From the NCBI GenBank assembly GCA_010909165.1, contig VJWM01000433.1, positions 1 to 7,648 of the forward strand: a stretch of DNA of 7,648 bases, in the 5' to 3' direction. Each line of letters starts with the position of its first letter. Positions within the stretch are counted from its first letter, which is position 1. The notes below the pieces were generated by a model. It ran no database searches, was not told the origin of the DNA, and worked only from the letters and a program-made list of their open reading frames with translations. The position numbers and the translations under genes were made by a program. The stretch comes from Anthoceros angustus. Taxonomy: Eukaryota > Plantae > Anthocerotophyta. Of the stretch, positions 1 to 7,648 are shown in pieces.

Positions 1-150
1 CACCTTGGGCCGTATGTTCTGTCGCAACCCAAGCTTATGTCCTCCGTCATGATGTTGACCCCGGACAGGGATCAGTGACACTTTCTTGATTACACATCCG
101 AAATTTGATTTGCAGACTCCGCGAGGCCTTGGTCAACCATGGCCACCATG
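1..150 (-). pseudogene. Retropepsin-type aspartic protease, N-terminal part, frameshifted
   Basis: Minus strand reads GAT CCC (D-P, 73-68), then TG, then TCC GGG GTC AAC ATC ATG ACG GAG GAC (SGVNIMTED, 65-39). Adding one base gives DPxSGVNIMTED, matching the D-x-G-S-x-V-N-I active-site pattern of plant non-chromovirus gypsy proteases. Confidence 0.7.
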
Positions 151-1404
151 TTCCTGATAAGGTCTTGCCTTGTTTTGGGAAGGGTCGCCTCTTCTTGGGT
201 TGTCTTTGCTTCCATGCCCACAGTTCTTTGGCCATGGATTGTCCAGAAGAAGGCATTGTTGTCATGAACTTTTGGTCCATGGCCTCCGCCATATTAAAGG
301 AGCCATTAAACACTCCTTCCCGCTCTGTGGAGCACACAATCGCCGATAGCGTTGTCGATTGCTTGAAGCGGTAGTGGTGGCACTGCTATGATTTGCAGTG
401 GTGGGGGCGTCGGCTCATCACCCCGTCCTTTCTAAGTGCAGCCATAGATTTGAGTGGTTCTTTTAAGCATATGCCATCCATCCATTTTTCTTTCGCATAA
501 CCTCTAATTTCTATCGTAGCCAATCCCCACCATGAATCTAGGATCATTTCCATCCATCTTTTCAAATTCAAGACCCTAGTTGGTTTGCACCAAGAAGGCT
601 CTTAAGTCATCAATCCTTGACTCTTGTGCAAGGCAACATTCCTACATCTCCCCCCTTTGCTCGCCAGGGAACCATCCCTCCAGCAAACCCAATTGATTGG
701 GCCATTCAACGTGTTCTCCCCTTCTCGGCTCACCCCTCTTGTTCCCGCAGCAGCAGTAGCTCCTTCGATTGTGCGTCGTTGAAGCAGGATGGCGGTGGCG
801 CCGTCAGTACCAGTAGTGGGCGGTGTGTGATCGCCCGGTCCTTCAGTTCTCTTGGATCATCTCCCTTCCTCCACGACGCGGCGGGAATGCCAATCCTTTT
901 TTCCCCTCGCGGTTTTCGCGGATCTCTGACTCAGTTCTTATACGGCTCCCTCCTTTACGCATGTCATCCCTCATACCCCAGTTGTTCTTGAAGTCATAGT
1001 CGTGGCGCCGCCAACGTAGCAGTGCTGGCGCTGTATCTGCTGCCGCGCCGGTGCTCACCCTCTGAACTTCTCGGCTGGCCTCGACCCCTCATGGGTCTTG
1101 AGTTAAACCCCGTCCTTACTTGATGAAGGCCTTCCTCCTCACTCCGCGATGTTCGGAGGTTGCAATCCCTCCTTCTTTCTTTTCTTTCCCGTTCTCACTT
1201 TCGGGATCTGACTCCTCATTTTGCTCCAGCGTTGAACGAGTCATGGCGGGAGTCTCCCTCATGCTTTGTCCATCCTCAACCCTCAAACTTCTCGACTCGA
1301 TCGCAGAATCCTCCCATACGCCATAGGCGCATCTTGATGCGGCGGACTTTCTTGCATGGGTGGGTGGGTTGCATAACCTGAGCAATCCTCACATGTTCGG
1401 TATA

Positions 1405-1555
1405 ACACTTTGCATTCGTGCGATTGCTTGCAATCACGACCTCTCAAAATCACCTTTAGCGAGATGCGGAGGGCATTTCTTGGCGAGATGCCGAACCCTC
1501 GACAATTGTAACCTTTGAATGACACTCATTTGCGGGGTTCTTGCCATCGATTACG
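1405..1555 (-). pseudogene. Gag nucleocapsid: cluster of 2-3 degenerate CCHC zinc knuckles
   Basis: 1513-1470 reads ggt tac aat tgt cga ggg ttc gg cat ctc gcc aag aaa tgc cct = (G/C)YNCRGFG-HLAKKCP, a Cx2Cx4Hx4C knuckle with a 1-nt deletion and the first Cys codon changed to GGT. Weaker knuckle-like remnants flank it at 1555-1522 (xNRx..PANEC) and 1441-1405 (GRDCKQSHECK). Confidence 0.7.
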
Positions 1556-1891
1556 AATGCCCATTCAGGGAGTTTCGTAAACTCGAAGGGTATAAGGTCT
1601 TGGTGCAATCAGTGTTGCCTCTTGAATTTGATATGTATGCAGCATCTCCTCACCGTCCTCGTCGTGGTTGCACCTTTGTTTGTGGATAGTTTGACTTGAG
1701 TGTCCCTCTCGCGAGAAGAGTGCGTGCCCATGCTCCTTCTCCTAAGTGGTCTTTTATGGCATTGAGATGAAGTTTCTCCAGTTTGGCCATCATTTCATCT
1801 TGTTCCCATTGCTCCACCTTTTTGGCTTTCCGCTTCTCTTCTCACTCCGCGTCCTTTTTGCGTACGGCTCCTTTCCTCGGACGCGTCGCCT

Positions 1892-2233
1892 TCATTCCCA
1901 CTCATTTTTCGTTTCCCTCTTTTTGTCCCTTCGGCCGCGCTCATCTCCTGACGAATCTTCCTCCGAGCTATCACTGGCTTCTTCTTCCGTGGAACTATCT
2001 GAGGAGTCCACTGAGGAGCTATCTTCCTCCGTGGAACTATTATCGGAGGATGAAGAGTGCTTCTTCTTCTTCCTGGATTTCTTCTTGTCCTTCCGTGCGC
2101 CCTTCTTCGATCTCTTCAGCCCTTCTGCATTGGACTCCTTGTAGTTCAGAGCGGCCTTGATTTGATCCGCCCGATCTTTCGGCAGAGCGTAGGTGCTTTC
2201 CCATCTCATGCCCAAACCTCTTGCGAACCAGCG
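1892..2233 (-). pseudogene. gag: Gag fragment: capsid C-terminus plus basic/acidic low-complexity linker
   Basis: ORF 1892..2215 extends in frame upstream to RWFARGL. It contains KKGARKDKKKSRKKKKH followed by SSSSDNSSTEEDSSSVDSSDSSTEEEASDSSEED. Confidence 0.65.
1980..2050. repeat. In-frame 42-bp-period coding repeat (SSTEE units)
   Basis: TCCGTGGAACTAT occurs at 1986-1998 and 2028-2040. The spacing is 42 nt, or 14 codons. Confidence 0.75.
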
Positions 2234-2251
2234 GTTGCCATTAACTCATGG

Positions 2252-2256
2252 GAGGA
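2252..2256 (+). repeat. Candidate 5-bp target-site duplication GAGGA (partner at 7642-7646)
   Basis: GAGGA lies just outside both inferred ends. It is short and the termini are degenerate, so chance is not excluded. Confidence 0.35.
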
Positions 2257-2711
2257 AAACCCGGGGCTCAGAGCTTCCCCTCTAGCGGCCACTTATCCCA
2301 CTTGTCGTTTCGTGGGTTGGGTTTCGTCCCGAGACTCGTGTGAAATTTGAGGTCTGTGATGTGGTCGCTACTGCGAGACAACTTCAGCCTTTTCAACAAA
2401 CAAGGCGCCTCTACTCTCCCTCTACAGGCACCGCTTGCTCAGAAAGACTACCAATTCTCAACCTACAAGCGACACCATTGCGGGTCACGCCTTGTGACAG
2501 GAGGAACCTACCACAGGCGCCGGGGACCCCACAGTCCACGCCCGCCAATTTCGTCCCTACTTCTAAGACCAATCCTCCCACTCGAGGCGCCCTTTTGCTT
2601 GTTGGGATTAGTCCCTTGGGCTCACGTGGCCTTCCACTAACACCTACACTTCTAATCCTCTACTCATCTCCTCATCCTCTTCCTCCTATTCTAACCTCGA
2701 TTCGGGCTTCT
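2257..2711 (+). repeat. 5' LTR (~450 bp)
   Basis: Colinear with 7099-7641. Identical 25-mers: 2507-2531 = 7446-7470 and 2548-2572 = 7483-7507. 2626-2669 vs 7566-7609 match at 43/44. Clean TG...CA termini are not visible, so the ends are uncertain by several bases. Confidence 0.8.
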
Positions 2712-2712
2712 T

Positions 2713-2731
2713 TGGCTTCGCCCGCCGGCAC
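2713..2731 (+). promoter_or_regulatory. Putative tRNA primer-binding site
   Basis: TGGCTTCGCCCGCCGGCAC begins with TGG (complement of tRNA CCA) 1-2 nt after LTR-LTR similarity ends. It is GC-rich and not Met-type, loosely resembling tRNA-Arg-type sites of Tat-like elements. The tRNA identity is not established. Confidence 0.55.
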
Positions 2732-2774
2732 TTGCAGGTGCCTCCACCAGCAAGTTCTTCCTTGGGCGGTTGCT

Positions 2775-3014
2775 ATGGGTTTGACAGAGCCAGCACCTCC
2801 GGTCTTTCCTGTGGATCAACCTCTGGCGAGAGTTCCACAGGCATTGCCACACACCCAAAGCAAAGCAATTTCCACGACAACCATTCACAAGCAACTCGTT
2901 TAGGCACTTGCGAGCAAGTCCTCCACCAAGCACTCACCAGCGACTTCCTCTCTGCAGACTGCGTTGGCTCTGGCACCGGAACCTAAAGAGCAAGACAGCG
3001 CGAGACATGCATGA
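2775..3014 (+). pseudogene. Short sense reading frame after the PBS, possible gag N-terminal remnant
   Basis: ATG at 2775 to TGA at 3012-3014 gives 80 codons with one internal TAG (2901-2903): MGLTEPAPPVFPVDQPLARVPQ...LQTALALAPEPKEQDSARHA. The position fits a gag start, but no diagnostic motif is present. Confidence 0.3.
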
Positions 3015-3259
3015 TGCTTTGAAATCCTCCTCCTCTTATAGGAGGCCTTCCATACAACCTCCCTCGGGTGACCCCTCTGCGAGCCACCTTTCCCAATATT
3101 TTATTATTTCCTACACTTGACATTTAAGGCACAGCATCTAAGTCCTTGTCGATCTAGGTAAATTCTATTCTAACTTCACCTATGGTCATCCTTAAAGGAA
3201 TGTCGAGTCTACTCATATCCCTATTCTTCCTCTTATCATTTATGGTCTTTGACCATATC

Positions 3260-6200
3260 TAGTCCTCACCTCTTTGAGATAGTAGCCAGCGTCCTTGGTG
3301 GATTGGCTCCCTCGCCTTTTGCTCCTCTTCCTTCCTGTCTTCCTAATGTGTGGGCAAGTAATTCCCTTCCTCCAACTCTGAGGTGGCGATTCCTCCATCA
3401 TCCGGCTCGCCCCCTCGCACTCGAGCGCCTTCTCCTCGGCCTCAGCCGCTGGTGCGCTCTTCCTAGGCCTCAGCGGTAGTCGACGCCTACCATGGTATGG
3501 GGTCCCATCTTACTTTCTTTCTCCTATCGACGCCGTTCCTTGGGTTGGAATCCTCCTTGCTCCTTTCCTCCTGTTTGGTTTGTCCATACCTATCATGGAG
3601 CATTCTCAAAGAGTCTTCTTCCCCCAGTTGTTGGCCGATGCCTCCACTAACTCCTCCGGGCCTTCTTAGCGTTGGACTCCTCCCCTGGCCCGGGCTCTTC
3701 CCTTGCTCGTGGGGCGAGGGAATTCCTTACCCCTCCCCCTTCCTCGGCGGATCTAACTCCGCTCTTGATCTCCTCCGGTGGGGCTGTTTCCCCACACCCT
3801 CTCTCCGGGGGTACTTGGGACCCCGGCTCTTCATTCCACGGGCCTCATGGCCGACTCCCCAACCTCCGCGCCTTCTACCCGGTAGTCTGGCGGCGTGGGG
3901 TGGTGCCACCGGTGATCTGGCGGACTCGTGTAGGGTGGTCACCTCGTGGTAGTGTGACCCCCACAGCAGGCAGGCTGTCCCCCTCCTCTCTGCCCCTCCC
4001 TCTCTTGGCGTGGCTGCCTCTCCTCCATCTTGAGCTCCCAGTTCTTGAGTCCATGTGGTGGCCTCATCAAAATCGGGGCCTCACACTTTTGCGGCTCCTT
4101 CCGGTCATCATCATCAGGACCCAATGTCCTCCTCTTGGCCAAGCCGCATACCTCGTTATTGGCCTTGAATCTGTTGTGGAGATGGGCCCCAAAATGTAAT
4201 CATTTGGAGATCATCAATCTCATGGGCCACTCTCCATCTCTCTCTTGTAGGCATCTCTTGGGTGGTCAATTCTCCCACCTTCACAGGAGGTTACATTCTC
4301 CTCCCTCACTTCTTGGTTGGCCATCTTTGCTTGAAGGGCATAATGCCTTAAACTTCTCTTCTCCTCACATCACATGCACCACCTTCTTGTGGTGCTCCTC
4401 CTCTGAGACCTCTTTCCTTCCAAGTCCCTAGCTTGGCAAGCCCCCTCTCACTTGCCAGCACCTTCTCGCTCCAACTCCTGCAGCTCTCAGGCTTCGGCTC
4501 GCTTCTCCTCCAGTTATCTGGGTCCTCTCAATTCCTCCTCCATGTCCGGATTTTGATGGCTTGGGTAGCCATCACACCTCTTGCGTCCATTTGGACCACC
4601 TTCTCCTTCCTAGAGCCTCTGTTTTGCCCTTCGCTCTTGCTCTAATTGGGCAAAATGCTCCTCATATACATCTCCATGAGTCCCTTTGGGTGGTTGCTCG
4701 GATGGCTCTTTCCTCTGTGACAACCTCCCCTCAGGACCTTCTCGCGTTGATCCATAAGATCTCGCGGAGCTTCTCCTGACCTTCTCAACTTGGCTGCCTT
4801 CTCCGGACTCCATGGCCTTCTTGCCATTTGGTCACTGCCTCCTCTCGGCCATCTCTTGGGCCTTTCACTTCCTCTTGACATGCCCACAAGGAGGCTGCTA
4901 GTTCCTAGCCCCTTCAAATCCACAGTGAGTGCTTCACAAGCACTCGGCAATCTAGGGGTCCCAAATTCACCCCCGCTTGCTGGAAATCTCCAGCTCTCTC
5001 CGCTCCTCGGGCCATCGCGTGGAGTCCCCTCACAGTCGCCCATCCGCTCTCCCACCCGGTAGCGGAGATGGTGGCGGCGCCCAGCCATGCGGCCCTTCTC
5101 CCTTCCCTACCATAGTAGGGCGCCTCTGCGTGGGGTGCTGCTACGCAGTGGTGCCTACCTATGTGGTAATTTGTGCCCTACCAGTGGTTGCCTACCAGGG
5201 GTGGCTACCTCCCCTGGGGTGAGCTCGGGTGCCTCTTCCACAAAGGAGATGGTGGGGACTCCCCCCTTGGGGCATCACCCCTCCTGTGGTCCTCCTCTCA
5301 TAGACCATCGGCCCTCCTTGGCGGATCTCTTCCTCTTCTTCCTTGCTCTTGGGAGGAAAGACTTCCCACTCAGCAACCTTGCGCTCCTTCCTCGCCCTTG
5401 GCCTGCTTGTGGAGTCGACCTCCCATTGTCTTCCTCAATGCAAAGGCAAAGGCCTTTCCAAGCTCGGTGGAGGTGGATTATTCAGAAGGATGCCATGCAT
5501 CTTCAAGCTCCTTGCTTGTGAGAGCCCCTCGGTCTCCACAATGCACCAAATAGGTGCTAAGATAGCAGGGCCTTGGCCTTCCTCATCCACATTTGGCTTG
5601 GGAGCTTCTCGTGGTGTATGTAAGCCTCATACATGATAGTCCCCTGCAGCTCCTCTCAAATCTTCCACAAAAATTGGAGAAGTTGGTGCTGAAATAAGAG
5701 GTCGTTGGTAATTCACCCAACACAATCTTTGAGCCTCCACTTGACTCCTTGATGCTCTCGTCTTCCGACCATTCTTGGCGTGGGCCTTCACTCCTCCATC
5801 CATCATGTCGAGGATCTCCGGAGGATTTTCGGAGGGCAATCCTCTTCCCTCCATTCGGTCCTCTCGAGAGAGAGCAATTCGAGCTCTCCTCCTCCGGCCT
5901 TCCATACACACAGCCGAATGCTTGAGCGTCCGGGGATCGGTCAGGCATTCCTCTCCGTGCGGCAAGGGCGCTTCCGATTGATGGAGGTTGATGTACACTC
6001 CTCAATCAATTCCAAATTGGTGTAGGCCATTGGCGACACCCATCGATTGGATGTTCTCTTCTTCGCCCATTGCACGAAATCCACCAAATCAGGGGTTGAG
6101 TTGTCCCATAAGCAAGTGAGCGGGGCATCTCAAGCATCTCCTCCCAGTGGCGTAAGTTCCTTGTGCACCAAGACACCATCAACTTTACCATCATCCTGCG

Positions 6201-6318
6201 GTGGATGAGTTGCTTGGGTGTGGGCTGCAGTTTCCTGTTGTCTTGTGTATTGGCCATAACTTGAGGATCCTTGTTTCTTTCACGGTCAGCCAGGACACAG
6301 TTTTCTTTTGGGAGCCAT
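3260..6318 (-). pseudogene. Large antisense accessory ORF (~1000 codons if repaired), heavily frameshifted
   Basis: ATG GCT CCC AAA AGA AAA (MAPKRK) starts at 6318. The N-terminal domain has fragments LVDFVQWAKK...YTNLELIEE/YINLH (~6087-5980), HAKNG and PRPCYLSTYLVH (5576-5541). An E/K/R/Q-rich coiled-coil-like stretch spans ~4810-4400 (EEHFAQLEQERRAKQRL; ELQELERE), followed by a charged tail to ~3260. The minus strand is purine-rich throughout, and this skew ends at the AT-richer flanks. Confidence 0.6.
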
Positions 6319-6319
6319 A

Positions 6320-6398
6320 CGCAATGAACCGAGAAAAGTCAAATTCATTCAAAAAAAAACCGGTATACTAACAGAATCAATTGACAATCTGCACTTAC
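6320..6398 (-). other. Putative 5'-UTR intron of the antisense ORF
   Basis: Consensus donor GTAAGT at 6398-6393, a T-rich interior (T9 run, TTGACTTTTCTC), and an end at TTGCG just before the ATG at 6318. The acceptor needs one missing A to read TTGCAG. Confidence 0.45.
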
Positions 6399-7087
6399 AT
6401 TGTTTGCGACTTCCGGATGAAAACCTGCTTTGGAAGGTCGGCGATTGATTATAAGATAATCTAAGACAAAAGAGGCGGTGGGAGATGTAACACGACACTC
6501 CTTAAATCTATACATTGTTATTCAGCAGGGTTTCAATTGCCCTTCAGCGCAGGCGCTCTCCAGCGATCCTCCACAAAGGCGGCGGCGTGGAGTGGCGCAT
6601 CTTCCTCTACCTCCGTGGTTTGCGAGGCCGTTTATTCTTCCACATACGACATTGTGGCGATGGGTGACTTTAGGTAGGGAGCTTATTTGCTCCTCTTCAC
6701 CTGGTACTCTTTGGTTGTCCCCCTCCTAGATGGGCTTTTCCCGCCGTTTTTCACCTCAATAAAATATTTCTTGTAAATCCCCTATGCTTTATGTTAGAGA
6801 TCGAATCGTCCATGTTAGAGAACAAATACCCACCAACCGAAACAAAAAAATGCCTTTGGCGGTGAGATGTAAAGTAAACAAAAGCGAAAAGCCCCCAAAA
6901 CCACCATGACTTGACAAAAACATACATGCATACAAACCATTCGGCCAAAACTTTTTCATTCCCCAACGGGACGAGTAAAAAATGTTGCCCTGACCTTCAA
7001 ACTTGAATTTCAAGTCCTACAAAACAAAGAGTTGTCAAGTAGTTAATACAAATTGAACAAATATAAGAGAAAAACTTAACATTTTGT

Positions 7088-7098
7088 GGTAGGGAGAA
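7088..7098 (+). promoter_or_regulatory. Putative polypurine tract
   Basis: GGTAGGGAGAA is preceded by a T-run (7082-7085) and sits immediately before the 3' LTR, which is the standard PPT position. Confidence 0.6.
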
Positions 7099-7641
7099 TC
7101 GGGGCACTCCCAGGTCCTCCACTATAAGCGGCCACACTTATCACTTTCGCCCGTCGTTGGGTTTCGTCCCATGAGACTTGTGTGAAAGTTCGAGTCTTGT
7201 GATGCCCGTCGCTTCTGCGGTACACCTCGACCTTCTAAACAAGCAAGGCACCCTCTCTCCCTCTTACAGTGCACCTTGCCTTGTCGCCAACCTTGACCGC
7301 GACACAAAACAATTGCGGGTCTGCCTCGGCGGAGCCTACCACGGCCCAGGGACCCCACCTGGTTCACACGCGATTTGTCCCTACTTCTAAGACCAAACTT
7401 GACCTACAACGACACAACAATTGCAGTCTGCCTCGTGACAAGGAGCCTACCACAGGCGCCGGGGACCCCAGCTCACACAGCGATTTCGTCCCTACTTCTA
7501 AGACCAAACTTCTCCACTCGGGGCGCTCTTTTACTTGCATTTGGGATTCGTCCCTTAGGCTCACTGTGGCCTTCCACTAACACCTACACCTCTAATCCTC
7601 TACTCATCTTCTCATCTTCTCATCCTAATCGACGGATATCC
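7099..7641 (+). repeat. 3' LTR (~540 bp including internal duplication)
   Basis: Same identity blocks as the left copy. It starts TCGGGGC (left copy CCGGGGC) and ends CTAATCGACGGATATCC (left copy CTAACCTCGATTCGGGCTTCT). Confidence 0.8.
7287..7511 (+). repeat. Two-copy ~110-bp tandem duplication inside the 3' LTR
   Basis: Units are 7287-7392 and 7393-7503. Each runs CCAA(C/A)CTTGACC...GACACAA...GGAGCCTACCAC...GGGACCCCA...GTCCCTACTTCTAAGA, and CCAAACTT recurs at 7504-7511. The left LTR has one copy (~2451-2572). Confidence 0.9.
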
Positions 7642-7648
7642 GAGGACA

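Larger units (their letters stand above)
1..2256 (-). mobile_element. Ty3/gypsy-type LTR retrotransposon gag-protease region, frameshifted (host element, continues past the left edge)
   Basis: Ordered motifs read by eye on the minus strand across frameshifts: RWFARGL (2233-2213) and PKDRADQIKAALNYKES (capsid C-terminal WFxxGL...AxxAxxxE pattern); K-rich and Ser/Asp/Glu-rich linker; DEMMAKLEKLHLN (~1799-1760); zinc knuckles (1555-1405); MTRS spacer (~1244); protease motif D-P-x-SGVNIMTED (73-39). The order capsid-nucleocapsid-protease is the established gag-pol order. Confidence 0.8.
2257..7641 (+). mobile_element. Non-autonomous ~5.4-kb LTR retrotransposon nested in the host gag, carrying an antisense ORF
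   Basis: Terminal direct repeats, TGG-starting PBS-like site right after the left repeat, T-run plus purine tract right before the right repeat, and candidate GAGGA target duplication. Host gag homology stops at the left boundary. No RT (YxDD), RNase H or integrase motifs were seen internally. Confidence 0.75.

Noticed and set aside
150-1150. Possible separate gene between the zinc knuckles and protease
   Set aside because: Only short frames without motifs. It is most simply the frameshifted gag-protease spacer, although a small insertion cannot be excluded.
2321-2345. Hammerhead-ribozyme-like GAGTC-TCGG-GAC-GAAAC on the minus strand of the LTR (also ~7161-7185), suggesting a retrozyme
   Set aside because: The essential CUGANGA core reads CACACGA and CACACAA in the two copies, and no stem III or NUH cleavage site could be paired. 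An Infernal hammerhead search on a polished consensus would settle it.
2340-2903. Longest ORF in the track (187 aa, plus strand)
   Set aside because: It lies mostly within the LTR, has a non-ATG start, and its frame is not preserved in the other LTR copy.
2966-2978. Minus-strand CGGTGCCAGAGCC resembling the tRNA-iMet PBS TGGTATCAGAGCC (10/13)
   Set aside because: It lacks the initial TGG and is not adjacent to any repeated LTR. The plus-strand PBS/PPT arrangement explains the repeats better.
3497-5636. Numerous plus-strand ORFs of 70-175 aa
   Set aside because: They are Leu/Pro/Ser-rich shadows of the purine-rich minus-strand coding region and show no domain motifs.
6478-7085. Short ORFs in the GC-rich (6478-6729) and A-rich (6751-7013) segments
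   Set aside because: No recognisable motifs. The composition fits non-coding 3' UTR or antisense promoter sequence.
7287-7511. CRISPR-like repeat array
   Set aside because: There are only two units, similar along their whole length with no unique spacers, no cas genes, and the context is eukaryotic TE.

Overview
This looks like plant (eukaryotic) retrotransposon DNA with no host genes; a bryophyte-like origin is only an inference from motif style. Best interpretation is a nested pair of LTR elements. (1) ~1-2256, minus strand: a frameshifted Ty3/gypsy gag-protease region with the capsid end, a Lys-rich/Ser-acidic linker, 2-3 zinc knuckles and an aspartic protease motif running off the left edge. 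(2) ~2257-7641, plus strand: a ~5.4-kb element inserted into that gag. It is bounded by two diverged direct repeats (LTRs, ~2257-2711 and ~7099-7641), with a PBS-like site after the left one and a PPT before the right one. It has no recognisable capsid, RT, RNase H or integrase. Instead it carries one ~3-kb frameshifted antisense ORF (MAPKRK start, globular N-terminal domain, coiled coil, charged tail) with a putative 5'-UTR intron. The right LTR has a ~110-bp tandem duplication that the left LTR lacks. Single-base indels are pervasive, which means either old decay or uncorrected long-read error. All alignments and frameshift reconstructions were done by eye, so boundaries are approximate.
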